A program made the translations under genes and the position numbers. A stretch of DNA of 63,922 bases, filler included, from Candidatus Aminicenantales bacterium (GTDB taxonomy: Bacteria; Acidobacteriota; Aminicenantia; Aminicenantales; Saccharicenantaceae), in NCBI GenBank assembly GCA_049512315.1. It is 3 parts of 3 records of this genome, joined end to end, with 100 filler letters (N's around TTAATTAATTAA, not from the genome) between each part and the next. Parts side by side here need not be neighbours in the genome. Positions count along the whole stretch, not along the records: positions 1 to 23,829 come from JBEKXF010000039.1; 2 more parts are not named here. One strand, written 5' to 3'. The first letter of the stretch is position 1; every line of letters starts with the position of its first letter. This document shows positions 1 to 8,919 of this stretch, piece by piece. The notes beneath the pieces were generated by a model. That model saw nothing but the letters and a program-made list of their open reading frames with translations. It searched no databases and was not told the DNA's origin.

Positions 1-212
1 ATGAAAGAGATGCCAAATAGCGCCATCCCGACGAGCACCTGGGGAAGTATTACGAAGCGCCAGAACGCAGGAATTGCCCGGCCGGGCGTTGCCGAGGGAG
101 AGGTATCTGCTCTCACCAGTGGCATCACCCCCACGGCCACAATTATGGCAACCCCCAATGCGAGAGCGGCACCAACATTTAGGATGAGACGATGACTTCT
201 TTTCGTCAGCAT
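1..212 (-). CDS. Hypothetical membrane protein, runs off the window edge
   Basis: Manual translation MLTKRSHRLILNVGAALALGVAIIVAVGVMPLV...FWRFVILPQVLVGMALFGISF; two hydrophobic segments; RBS GAGGAGG at 221-227 (minus). Confidence 0.65.
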   Translation of the reverse strand, partial: MLTKRSHRLILNVGAALALGVAIIVAVGVMPLVRADTSPSATPGRAIPAFWRFVILPQVLVGMALFGISF

Positions 213-511
213 GACAATTACCTCCTCAAATGATCTGGCGGACTGGAGCTAAGACGTACCATATGTTCACGGCCTGTAACGGCCAGATATTTCAAAGAGC
301 ATTGCTTCTTCAGCTTGTTCCCCCTTATTTTCTTTCCCCGCTGCCACACTTGAATATCGGTTTGGAATGTGGTTATGTCAAGCCAGATACCCCATATGCC
401 GCACTAGGTATCATATTTTCCTGAGGGCCTAATCTCCCGCTAACTCGCCAATGGGGACATACGGGTGGTTTTTCGGACCCTCTATGAGCCTGACGCGGCC
501 ACCAGGCTTAG

Positions 512-588
512 GCAGACCCCTCCCGCCATGTCACATCCATGCCACAAAAAATGCGTAAACCCGCTTAATTCTGACTAAAGGTGCGTAA
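512..588. repeat. att-arm-like repeat module A
   Basis: GTCACA 530, GCCACA 541, then GCGTAA/GCTTAA/GACTAA/GCGTAA at 553/563/573/583. Confidence 0.6.
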
Positions 589-631
589 AGGAAAACAAGG
601 AATCTTCCCCTGGAAATTGGGTTTTCCCCAT

Positions 632-701
632 ATGTCCAGGAGGGTAGAGAATTGGACTCCGGATCCAAAATTCGAAGGTTTGAATCCTCTCTGGCATGCC
701 A
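632..701 (+). pseudogene. Degenerate tRNA-Arg(CCG)-like relic
   Basis: Anticodon arm TTGGA-CTCCGGA-TCCAA, T-arm-like GAAGG-TTTGAAT-CCTCT, 3' GCCA; D-arm largely missing. Confidence 0.55.
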
Positions 702-841
702 TTCAAATCTCCCCTGGAATCTCTGGATTATTAGGGACTTCCACGCTCAGCCGGGTCCGGCCGCGATGTGAGTCCGAGTCAGGGATAGTGAGTCCCTGAT
801 AGCCCCAGACACAGCCCAAATCTCGACACCCTTCTCTAAAA

Positions 842-2206
842 TCATCTGGATACTACCAAGGTCGCAAGCTGGCTATAAGCATATCTTGCTTTATCGAGAA
901 GATCATCATATGTAAATACTTCAATGTCCGGACGATCTGCTCGCAATAATGTCTTATATTCTTGAATATTCTGTCTCCCTCCGAAACTCTTTTCGGTATT
1001 ACGGCTAAGTATTATCATTGCCCCCGTACCGGTGCATATGCCAGGGAATTCGTCTTTTATCGTGCTGTAGTGCTTGGAAATAAAATCCCTAAATTCGGCA
1101 ATTTGAAAAGCAGCTTGGGTGAATTCGCTTCGGGGTTGTCCTTGCTTTGTCGCTATCGGCTTGCTCGGTCGCTCTAGTTCGACTAATTTATACGAACCAT
1201 TTGAGTACTTAAGCAGAAAATCTGGCTCCACAAATTCCTTGCCTAACGGAGATCTCTCACCATTTGGATATTCGAAGCGAGGCTTAGATAAAGCATCTGC
1301 ATAGACATCCAGAATTATTGAGTGGGCCCTCAAGAAATCGTGGAAAATACTCTCCTCTGCATCGCCCGCTTCACGAAGAAGGGCGGCGAACTTGTCTAGT
1401 GTTTCCGAGAGGACAGAGAGCCGGTCAAAAAAAGGCTTAATCCAAATGGACTCTCCTCCCGTAGAAATTAGGCCCTGAGCACCTGCTTGTAGGGCGGTGA
1501 ACGCTTGGGCAAAATCGCGCCTTACGTCTGTCTGTACCCGCACATATATTCCTCGTGTGTCCCAAGCTGCTTCCTCAAGGTGTGGAGACACCTCTAGGTA
1601 GTTTAAGAATCTGCGGTGTTTGAGGTCCGCAGTGCAGATTCCTAACCCACGAACAATAAAAGGGGTCCAAAAGCTCTCATCTGGCCGCTTTAAGGGAAGA
1701 TCCAAAATTAACTGAAATGCCCCGAACGTAAACCGTTGAAGAAACGCCTTTAGATCAAGCGGCATTCGCTTCACAATTATCACACTATCCATCACTCGCG
1801 CTTCGGCCTCCTCGGTTACGTCACCTAATTCACCCTTCCAAATCTCAGCAGGGACGCCTTGCTTTGCGACAATTCTGTACCTTCCGATATTCTTCCTATA
1901 GAGGCCTTTTCTTTTGAGAAGATCTATAACTTCGGAGGGTATTAAACTCGGTTCGATATCCACCACGAAGGCGGGCCCCCCAGCTATCCACCAAGAATTA
2001 TCAGGTTCTCGAGATTCATCGTATATGACAGTCCCATCTTGCGTAACCCAGCATTGTATTTTTTTCGAATTTATATATGGAGATATTTCCAGCGGCGGAT
2101 AGCCACCGCCGCTCGGTGCAGGTGTCACGAAACGTGCAAATTCCTTCCGATACTCTTCAATGTACCTCTCTAGATAATTACAGACTGCTCGGGTAGTTAT
2201 TGCCAT
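842..2206 (-). CDS. sduA: Shedu-type (DUF4263) anti-phage nuclease with an unrecognised N-terminal domain
   Basis: C-terminal E..FHDFL...EPDFLL...LVELERP...TQAAFQIAEFR...IEVFTYDDLL pattern typical of DUF4263; AT-richer island next to a tRNA. Confidence 0.75.
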   Translation of the reverse strand: MAITTRAVCNYLERYIEEYRKEFARFVTPAPSGGGYPPLEISPYINSKKIQCWVTQDGTVIYDESREPDNSWWIAGGPAFVVDIEPSLIPSEVIDLLKRKGLYRKNIGRYRIVAKQGVPAEIWKGELGDVTEEAEARVMDSVIIVKRMPLDLKAFLQRFTFGAFQLILDLPLKRPDESFWTPFIVRGLGICTADLKHRRFLNYLEVSPHLEEAAWDTRGIYVRVQTDVRRDFAQAFTALQAGAQGLISTGGESIWIKPFFDRLSVLSETLDKFAALLREAGDAEESIFHDFLRAHSIILDVYADALSKPRFEYPNGERSPLGKEFVEPDFLLKYSNGSYKLVELERPSKPIATKQGQPRSEFTQAAFQIAEFRDFISKHYSTIKDEFPGICTGTGAMIILSRNTEKSFGGRQNIQEYKTLLRADRPDIEVFTYDDLLDKARYAYSQLATLVVSR

Positions 2207-2221
2207 CGGCTTTGCTGATCG

Positions 2222-2256
2222 GACATTTTATAACTCACGCGGTTAGAATATGTCAA
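2222..2256 (-). promoter_or_regulatory. sigma70-type promoter of the Shedu gene overlapped by a 13-7-13 inverted repeat
   Basis: TTGACA (2256-2251), 18 bp, TATAAA (2232-2227); GACATTTTATAAC / GTTAGAATATGTC pair at 11 of 13 positions. Confidence 0.5.
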
Positions 2257-2329
2257 TGACACCTAGAGCAACACAAGTAGAAACGGGCTTTCCGGCCAAC
2301 CAGAAGGTCCTGAGCCAAAATAACGCCCC

Positions 2330-2542
2330 ATGGACCCAGGATACAAAGGCCAACCCCGGGCGAGAGTCCTTGATGTCGATAATCATAACGGGGTGGATCC
2401 AGTCGCCCAGGAACACGCGGGACCGGCGCTCTCAGGCCGGGGAGAGTTAACGGCTACGCCCCCCGTCGGGCCCAGCGATGGGGTTCAGCGAGCGGAGCAG
2501 ACCTCTCCGCCGCGTCACACGGGGGTCACAACTTTTGCCTAA
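2330..2542 (+). pseudogene. Possible decayed 3' end of a tyrosine integrase
   Basis: NGVDPVAQEHAG and frameshifted GYAPPS...QRAEQT resemble the GVDLxxVQELLGH...RYAH...RAVE integrase C-terminus; runs into the att arm. Confidence 0.35.
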
Positions 2543-2572
2543 TCTCGCCTAACTTGGCCTAACGGAGCGTAA
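2497..2572. repeat. att-arm-like repeat module B
   Basis: GTCACA 2514 and 2525; GCCTAA 2537/2547/2557, GCGTAA 2567. Confidence 0.65.
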
Positions 2573-2625
2573 AAGAGGGAAAGCCCTAAATTACTCATCT
2601 GCCAGAGGAAAACAGGAAAATATGG

Positions 2626-2704
2626 TGGGGTGAGTGAGGGGATTTGAACCCCCAACATTCGGATCCACAGTCCGATGCTCTAACCAGGTTGAGCTACACT
2701 CACC
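2626..2704 (-). tRNA. tRNA-His(GTG)
   Basis: Cloverleaf with G-1, anticodon arm TCGGA-CTGTGGA-TCCGA, GGTTCAAATCC T-loop, encoded CCA. Confidence 0.97.
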
Positions 2705-2748
2705 GCCGTTCGAGGGACATAATTCTCCCATCCTTGGGGATTGTTGGT

Positions 2749-3753
2749 TCAGCCCTTCTGTCCCTCGATGAGGTCGAGGACGTCCTCGGAATCCCGCCAG
2801 CCCGGCCGGACCTTGACGTGGAGGTCCAGATAGACCTTGGTCCCGAGGATCTCCTCGATCTCGCGGCGGGCCTCGATGCCGATTGTCTTGATGAGCCGGC
2901 CCTGCCGGCCGATGACGATCGCCCGGTGGTTGTCCTTTTCGACGAAGATCGACGCCCGGATGTGGGTCAACGGCCGGCTCTCGCCCGGCTTTTTCCAGTC
3001 GTCCTGTTCCTTCCTCTCGATCGTCTCGATATAGACGGCGGTCACGAAGGGGAGCTCCTCTTTCACGTATTTCAGGATCTTCTCGCGGATGATCTCGGCC
3101 AGGAGGAAGCGCTCGGACTGGTCCGAGATCTCCTCGTCGGAGTAGATCTTCTCCGCCGTCGGCAGCGCGTCGAAAATGAGATTTTCCAGGACGTCGAGGT
3201 TGATGCCCTTCAGGGCCGAGACGGGGATGATCTCCTTGAACGGCAGCATGCCCTTGTAGTGGTCGATGATGGGCAGGACCGTGTCTTTCCGGACGGCATC
3301 GACCTTGTTGATCAGCAGGAGGACGGGTGTCGTCAGGCGTCTGAGCGTCTCCAGGACATACTCGTCCCCGTGGCCGAATTTCTCGGTCGCGTCGATGAGA
3401 AGGCAGATGAGGTCGGACGTCTCGAGGGCGGAGGTGACGAAATTCATCATCCGCTTGTTGAGGGTGTGGAGGGGCTTGTGGATCCCTGGGTTGTCAATAA
3501 AGATAATCTGGCCTTTCCCGGTCGTCTTGATGCCCAGGATGCTGATCCGGGTTGTCTGGGGCTTGTCGGAGACGATGGCGATCTTCTGGCCCAGCATGGT
3601 GTTGAGAAGGGTGGATTTCCCGGTGTTGGGGCGGCCGATAAGGGCCACGGTGCCCGTCTTGAAGACCGTCTTCTCTGCGGCTTTCTTCCGGGCCGGCCTG
3701 GTCCCCGCAGCCTTCTTCGGCTTGTCCGTGGCGGTCGAGGCTTTTCTCGGCAT
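2749..3753 (-). CDS. era: GTPase Era
   Basis: GRPNTGKSTL, KPQTTR, NKVD, KH domain with VIGRQG. Confidence 0.96.
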   Translation of the reverse strand: MPRKASTATDKPKKAAGTRPARKKAAEKTVFKTGTVALIGRPNTGKSTLLNTMLGQKIAIVSDKPQTTRISILGIKTTGKGQIIFIDNPGIHKPLHTLNKRMMNFVTSALETSDLICLLIDATEKFGHGDEYVLETLRRLTTPVLLLINKVDAVRKDTVLPIIDHYKGMLPFKEIIPVSALKGINLDVLENLIFDALPTAEKIYSDEEISDQSERFLLAEIIREKILKYVKEELPFVTAVYIETIERKEQDDWKKPGESRPLTHIRASIFVEKDNHRAIVIGRQGRLIKTIGIEARREIEEILGTKVYLDLHVKVRPGWRDSEDVLDLIEGQKG

Positions 3754-3772
3754 GGGTCCCCCTCTGCCCTTC

Positions 3773-5002
3773 TCAGGCTTTCCGGATCCTCAGCTTCTTG
3801 ATCTTTTTCTGGTCCACGTCCAGGATCTCGACGCTCAGCCCCTTGACGGTCAGGGTTTCGCCCTTTTGGGGAAGCCTTCCTAGGCTGTGGGTGATGAGGC
3901 CCCCGACCGTGATGAAATCGTCCTCGGCGAGCTCAACATCGAATAGCTTCTCGAGCTCCTCGACCTCGGCCGCTCCCGACACCGTGAAATCGAGGGGCCC
4001 GTTCTCCGTGATCTGGGCCTCCTCGGTGTCGTACTCGTCCTGGATCTCGCCGACGATCTCCTCGACGACGTCCTCCATCGTGACCAGGCCCGAGACCCCG
4101 CCGTGCTCGTCGACGACGACAGCCAGCTTCTGCTTGGCCTTCTGGAACTCCTTGAGGAGCCCGGAGACGGCCATGGATTCCGGGACGAACGCTACAGGCC
4201 GGACCAGGGCCTCGATGGGCTGGACCTTGTGCTTCTCGTCGGCGTATTCAAGGAGGTCCTTGGCCATGACAATGCCCTCGATGTTGTCGAGCCGGTCCTT
4301 GTAGACGGGGACGCGGGAGTATTTTTCCCGGATGATGAGGTCCTTGAGGTTGTCGATGGTCGCGTCCTTGCGGATGCAGACCATGTTGACCCGGGGCGTC
4401 ATGATCTCGCGGACGACGGTGTCGCCGAACTCGACGACGCTCCGGAGGAGCTCGTTCTCGCCCTTGTCGATGATCCCTTCCTCCGTGGCCTCGTCGATGA
4501 AGGTCTCGATCTCCTCATCCGAGGCCTCTCGCCCCTCTTCCCGGTCCTCCCGCTGTTCCTCGCGCTCGAGGAGGTTCCGGGACAGGGCCAGGACAGGGGC
4601 GCCGAGGGCCCGGACGAGCGGGAAGGCGGGCAGGAAGACCTTCAGGACGGCATTCTTACCCAGGGAGTTGAGGAGCCGGGGGAGGTAGTCGAAGAAAACG
4701 GAATAGACGGCGAGGACGGCCAGGAAAAACCACAGGGGCCAGAACCGGAGGCGCGGGAAAAGGGTGAAGAGATCGACGAGGAAGACGAGGAGGAGGATAT
4801 TCCTGAGGTACTCGACGGCGATCCTGGTTCCGTCAAAATCGCGGAGGATCCTGGCCCGGTCGCTTTTCTCGCGGTCTTCGAGGAAACGACTGAGCGAGAT
4901 CTTGGAAAACGAGCCGAGGCAGATATGGAAGATGGAAAAGAGCGACACGGCCAGGAAGCTCAGACCGAGGCCGGCTCCGCTGACGGCGTCCATCGTCATC
5001 AC
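3773..5002 (-). CDS. HlyC/CorC-family CNNM-CBS-CorC transporter
   Basis: N-terminal TM segments, VREIMTPR, VVDEHGGVSGLVTMEDVVEEIVGEIQDEYD. Confidence 0.92.
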   Translation of the reverse strand: MMTMDAVSGAGLGLSFLAVSLFSIFHICLGSFSKISLSRFLEDREKSDRARILRDFDGTRIAVEYLRNILLLVFLVDLFTLFPRLRFWPLWFFLAVLAVYSVFFDYLPRLLNSLGKNAVLKVFLPAFPLVRALGAPVLALSRNLLEREEQREDREEGREASDEEIETFIDEATEEGIIDKGENELLRSVVEFGDTVVREIMTPRVNMVCIRKDATIDNLKDLIIREKYSRVPVYKDRLDNIEGIVMAKDLLEYADEKHKVQPIEALVRPVAFVPESMAVSGLLKEFQKAKQKLAVVVDEHGGVSGLVTMEDVVEEIVGEIQDEYDTEEAQITENGPLDFTVSGAAEVEELEKLFDVELAEDDFITVGGLITHSLGRLPQKGETLTVKGLSVEILDVDQKKIKKLRIRKA

Positions 5003-5406
5003 AGGTACAGCCCGCGCGCGGCCTGCTCCTCTTCCTCGATGCCCGCGAAGTGGTCGTAGCCGAGGAGATGAAGGAAGCCGTGGATGGCGAGGACCTTGAG
5101 CTCCCGCTCGAGGCCGTGGCCCTTCTTCCGGGCCTGGCGGAAAGCCACGGGCACGGAGATGACGATGTCGCCCAGGTAGAATCGGCCGTCTGCGCCCTTC
5201 TTTCCGAGAGGAAAGCTGAGGACGTCGGTGGGCCTGTCCTTCTTCATGAACTTCCGGTTGAGCGTCCGGACGGCTTTCGTCCCGACGAAGGCCAGGGTGA
5301 CCTCCGGGTCCGCGAGGCGGTAGCGGGCGACCAGGTCTTCGAGCAGGCGCTTAAACGCCCTGATCCGGACCGGGTGTTTTTTCTGGCGGTTGATGATCTC
5401 GATCAT
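4999..5406 (-). CDS. ybeY: rRNA maturation endoribonuclease YbeY
   Basis: PTDVLSF, GDIVIS, IHGFLHLLGYDH. Confidence 0.96.
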   Translation of the reverse strand: MIEIINRQKKHPVRIRAFKRLLEDLVARYRLADPEVTLAFVGTKAVRTLNRKFMKKDRPTDVLSFPLGKKGADGRFYLGDIVISVPVAFRQARKKGHGLERELKVLAIHGFLHLLGYDHFAGIEEEEQAARGLYL

Positions 5407-7744
5407 TGTCCTTTTTCCGTGGCCGGGCGGGCCTCCGGGCTTTCTTGACCTCGAAATCGAACCCGGGGTACTCGACCCGCGGGTGATAGATGGCGAAGAG
5501 GATGGTCAGGAAAGAGGAAGCGACGGCCCGGAGGTCCCGGAGCGAAAAATCGCAGTCGTCGAGCTGGCCGTCCTGGAGGTAGGTGTTGAAGATATCGGTG
5601 ATGACCCGCTTGAGGTTGTCCTTGGTCGGTGACCGCAAACTCCGGGAAGCGGCCTCGACGGAATCGGCCAGCATGACCAGGGCGGCCTCCTTCGTCCGGG
5701 GCGGCGGGCCCGGGTACCGGTAGCTTTCCTCGCCGACCGTCTGCTGTTCGGGGTCGTAGGTCTGCTTGGCCTTGTTAAAGAAGAAGCGGACCAGGGAGTT
5801 GCCGTGATGCTGCTCGATGATCTCCCGGAGGGCCCGCGGCAGCCTCAGCTTTTTGGCGATTTCCGCGCCCTCCTTGACGTGGTTGATGATGACCAGGGTG
5901 CTCATGGCGGGCGTCAGGTCCTTGTGCAGGTCGAATTCCCCCGTCCGGTTCTCGATGAAGTACTCGGGCATCTTGGTCTTGCCGATGTCATGGTAGAGGG
6001 CCCCGGCTTTGACGAGCTGGGTGTCGAGGCCGAGCTCCTCGGCGCCCTTTTCGGCGAGGGTCGCCACGATGAGGGAGTGATGGTAGGAGCCGGGCGCCTC
6101 CTGGGACATCTGCCGGAAGACGGGGAGGTCCGAGTTCGTCAGCTCCAGGAGCTTGGAAGCCGTGATGAACCCGAAGGCCGTCTCCACGGCCGGAAGGAGG
6201 AGGAAGGCCAGGGCCCCGCTGATGATCCCTCCCATGAGGCCCATGAAGACCTCCGCGGAGAACGGGCCGAGGCCGCTCCTTTTCTCGACGAGATGGACGA
6301 TCAGAATGACGGCGGCATTCGCCGGCGGGACGAGCAGGAAACCGGCCCGGAGCGTCGCCGCCCGCTGGCTTTTCCTGAAGTATCTGACGCCGTAGATGGC
6401 GGCCAACCCGCCGACCAGGCAGAACAACATGAGGTAAAAATTGGCCCCCAGGAGGTACCCCGCGGCCAGGCTGTTGAGAACGGCGTAGCTGAGGCCCAGC
6501 TGGTCGGACAGGAGGTAGGCGAAAATGAGGGTCCCGACTTGGAACGGGATCGCGTAATGATAGGTTTCGATCCGGGCGAAGGAGTTCGAGCTGATGGAGC
6601 CGCTGATCGTCGCCGCCAGGAGGAGCGAGATCTTATAGAGGGCGAGGCTCGCGACCAGGAAGATGCCCGTCATCCGGAAGCTCCTCTCCGCCTGGTCTCT
6701 CTTATGGACGACGATGAGGTAGCGCCAGAGGGCGCCGAATAGAAGCAAGAAGAGCAGGAAGCTGCCGGCGAAATCGGGAAGCCAGCTCGACCTCCGCTGG
6801 AGCCTCTGGTTGTAGAGATCGAGGATCCTCACCGCCTCGGGGCCGGCCTCGTCACCTTTGCGGACAACGACCCGACCCTTCTTGATCGTGGTGGTCACGG
6901 TGGCGATGCGGGCCTGGGCCTGAGACTTCCGGTTCTCCGTCTCGATCTTGTTGTAGGTGATATTGGGCGTCAGGAAGATCTGGGCCAGTCCCGTGAGGAG
7001 GGTCTTGGTTTTCTGAGGGATCTCGATCTTCCCGAGCTCTTCCGCGAACCGCACCTCGCTCTCCTTGAGGTCCAGGATGTCGCCGACCTTGACCGTTCTT
7101 TCCCCATCCTGGAGGGCGAGGAGCGTCAGGCCGCGGTCCTGTTCGCCGTGAATGAAGAGGTTCTTGGAAAGGATGATCCCCTGGCCGAAGATCTTCGCCG
7201 AGATGCCGACCAGGGTCTCTTCGAGCTCCTTCGGGAACTTCAGCCGGACGAGGGCCGCGACGTCCTCGGCGTCGAGGTCGATCCCCAGAAGGTCCAGGTA
7301 AGACGTCCGCAGTTCCTCGGCCCTCTGGCCGGCCGGGTTTTTCTGGACCCATGCCCATCCGATGACGAAAAGGCGGTGGATCTTATCCTCCGTGTTGGCA
7401 AAAACGTTGGGGTCGAAGGTGTAGACGGGCAGGACCGCGTTTTCCGCTCCGGCCCTCAACCGGTTCGTGGCTTCGTTATCCTGAACGGTCAGGTCGAAGG
7501 GGGCCACGATGTCGGAAGGCGAGATCTCGCCGAGGGCCAGGCTGGTCAGGCTCCTCCGGGGAAGGTAGGACAGGAAAAGGGAGATCAGGGTGACGGTCAG
7601 AACGAGGAACGTCCAACGGCTCTTGAGGAACTTCTGGAGCGGGGAGACCGCCTTTTCTTCCTCGGCCGGCTCGACGGGGGCTTTCCGGGGCTGGATCTCG
7701 GCCCCCTTGAAAAGCTTGATCTTGTCGAAGGATATCAGGCTCAT
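5351..7744 (-). CDS. 7TM-HDIG phosphohydrolase (PgpH-like cyclic-dinucleotide phosphodiesterase)
   Basis: APGSYHHS, LYHDIGK, YFIEN, EQHHG, MLADSVEAA; 7TM region; start placed at MSLISF. Confidence 0.9.
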   Translation of the reverse strand: MSLISFDKIKLFKGAEIQPRKAPVEPAEEEKAVSPLQKFLKSRWTFLVLTVTLISLFLSYLPRRSLTSLALGEISPSDIVAPFDLTVQDNEATNRLRAGAENAVLPVYTFDPNVFANTEDKIHRLFVIGWAWVQKNPAGQRAEELRTSYLDLLGIDLDAEDVAALVRLKFPKELEETLVGISAKIFGQGIILSKNLFIHGEQDRGLTLLALQDGERTVKVGDILDLKESEVRFAEELGKIEIPQKTKTLLTGLAQIFLTPNITYNKIETENRKSQAQARIATVTTTIKKGRVVVRKGDEAGPEAVRILDLYNQRLQRRSSWLPDFAGSFLLFLLLFGALWRYLIVVHKRDQAERSFRMTGIFLVASLALYKISLLLAATISGSISSNSFARIETYHYAIPFQVGTLIFAYLLSDQLGLSYAVLNSLAAGYLLGANFYLMLFCLVGGLAAIYGVRYFRKSQRAATLRAGFLLVPPANAAVILIVHLVEKRSGLGPFSAEVFMGLMGGIISGALAFLLLPAVETAFGFITASKLLELTNSDLPVFRQMSQEAPGSYHHSLIVATLAEKGAEELGLDTQLVKAGALYHDIGKTKMPEYFIENRTGEFDLHKDLTPAMSTLVIINHVKEGAEIAKKLRLPRALREIIEQHHGNSLVRFFFNKAKQTYDPEQQTVGEESYRYPGPPPRTKEAALVMLADSVEAASRSLRSPTKDNLKRVITDIFNTYLQDGQLDDCDFSLRDLRAVASSFLTILFAIYHPRVEYPGFDFEVKKARRPARPRKKDNDRDHQPPEKTPGPDQGV

Positions 7745-7751
7745 GGAGGAC

Positions 7752-8699
7752 TCAGTCCGGCCCGGCTTCCGCCTTCTGGTAGGCCTTGATGATCTTCTGG
7801 ACCATGGGGTGGCGGACGACGTCCCGGTCGTTGAAATAGACGAAGCCGATCTCCTTGAGGGGGGAGAGGATCTTGATGGCCTGGAGGACACCGGACTTCC
7901 GGGGCTGGGGGAGGTCGATCTGGGTGATGTCGGCCGTGATGACGAGCTTGCTGTCGAATCCGGTCCGGGTCAGGAACATCTTCATCTGCTCCCGGGTCGT
8001 GTTCTGGGCCTCGTCGAGGATGATGAAGGCGCTGTTCAGGGTCCGGCCCCGCATGAAGGCCAGGGGGGCGATCTCGATGATCCCCTTCTCGATGAGCCGT
8101 GTCGCCTGGTCATACTGGGAGAGGTCGAAGAGGGCGTCGTAGAGCGGCCGGAGATAGGGGTTGATCTTCTGGGCGAGGTCGCCGGGCAGGAAGCCCAGCT
8201 TTTCGCCGGCTTCGACGGCCGGCCGGGTCAGGATGATCCGGTTGACGATCTTGTTCTGGAGGAACGAAAGGGCCATGGCCATGGCCAGGTAGGTTTTCCC
8301 CGTCCCCGCCGGGCCGATCCCGAACACCAGGTCCTGGCTCCTGATCGCCTGGATGTAGGCCTTCTGGTTGAGGCTCTTGGGGCTGACGGACTTCCGGGAC
8401 AAATTCAGGGGCTCGGAGGGAGAATACTGCTCCAGGGCGGTGGCCGTACCCTCCTCCAGGAGGTCGAGGGCGATCAGGAGGTCCTCTTCTTTCAGGTGGT
8501 GGCCCCTGTCCGCGAGCTCCCCGATCTTCTCGAAGTAATGCCTGGCGAATTCGACCTTTTTCCCGTCTCCGTCGATGATGATCTGGTCTCCGCGGAGGCC
8601 CAGACTGACCCCCAGCCGGCCCTCGAGTTTCTTAAGGTTCTTGTCGAGGACGCCGGGAAAGACGGAGCTGGCCGTGCCGGGGTGGGTTATTTTTTCCAT
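7752..8699 (-). CDS. phoH: PhoH-family ATPase
   Basis: GPAGTGKT, RPAVEAGEKLGFLPG, LAFMRGRT, LDEAQN. Confidence 0.95.
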   Translation of the reverse strand: MEKITHPGTASSVFPGVLDKNLKKLEGRLGVSLGLRGDQIIIDGDGKKVEFARHYFEKIGELADRGHHLKEEDLLIALDLLEEGTATALEQYSPSEPLNLSRKSVSPKSLNQKAYIQAIRSQDLVFGIGPAGTGKTYLAMAMALSFLQNKIVNRIILTRPAVEAGEKLGFLPGDLAQKINPYLRPLYDALFDLSQYDQATRLIEKGIIEIAPLAFMRGRTLNSAFIILDEAQNTTREQMKMFLTRTGFDSKLVITADITQIDLPQPRKSGVLQAIKILSPLKEIGFVYFNDRDVVRHPMVQKIIKAYQKAEAGPD

Positions 8700-8791
8700 G
8701 GGTTGCTTTGCGGGGGAGGTGGGTCTTCGGTTTCAGCCATTATCAGGGGAGATTAGAACACTAATCGGCCGCTCTTGTCAAGCCGGACCCC

Positions 8792-8829
8792 ATGAGGTCA
8801 AACCCTCACTTTTGCCGTTTTGACCCCAT
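8792..8829. repeat. REP-like palindrome
   Basis: ATGAGGTCAAA ... TTTGACCCCAT, 10 of 11 complementary; similar to 51858-51904. Confidence 0.4.
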
Positions 8830-8835
8830 AAAGAG

Positions 8836-8864
8836 TTGAAAAAAAGGCCCGCCTGGTATATAAA
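8836..8864 (+). promoter_or_regulatory. sigma70-type promoter of the CopG-sat operon
   Basis: TTGAAA, 17 bp, TATAAA. Confidence 0.5.
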
Positions 8865-8919
8865 TCTCTTCTGCTTCCGGCGGCGGCCCCCGCCCTCCCG
8901 GGAGCCGCGAGGAGACACC

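Noticed and set aside
3670..3753. Lys/Ala-rich N-terminal extension of Era
   Set aside because: Low-complexity tail; nothing in the sequence supports a special function
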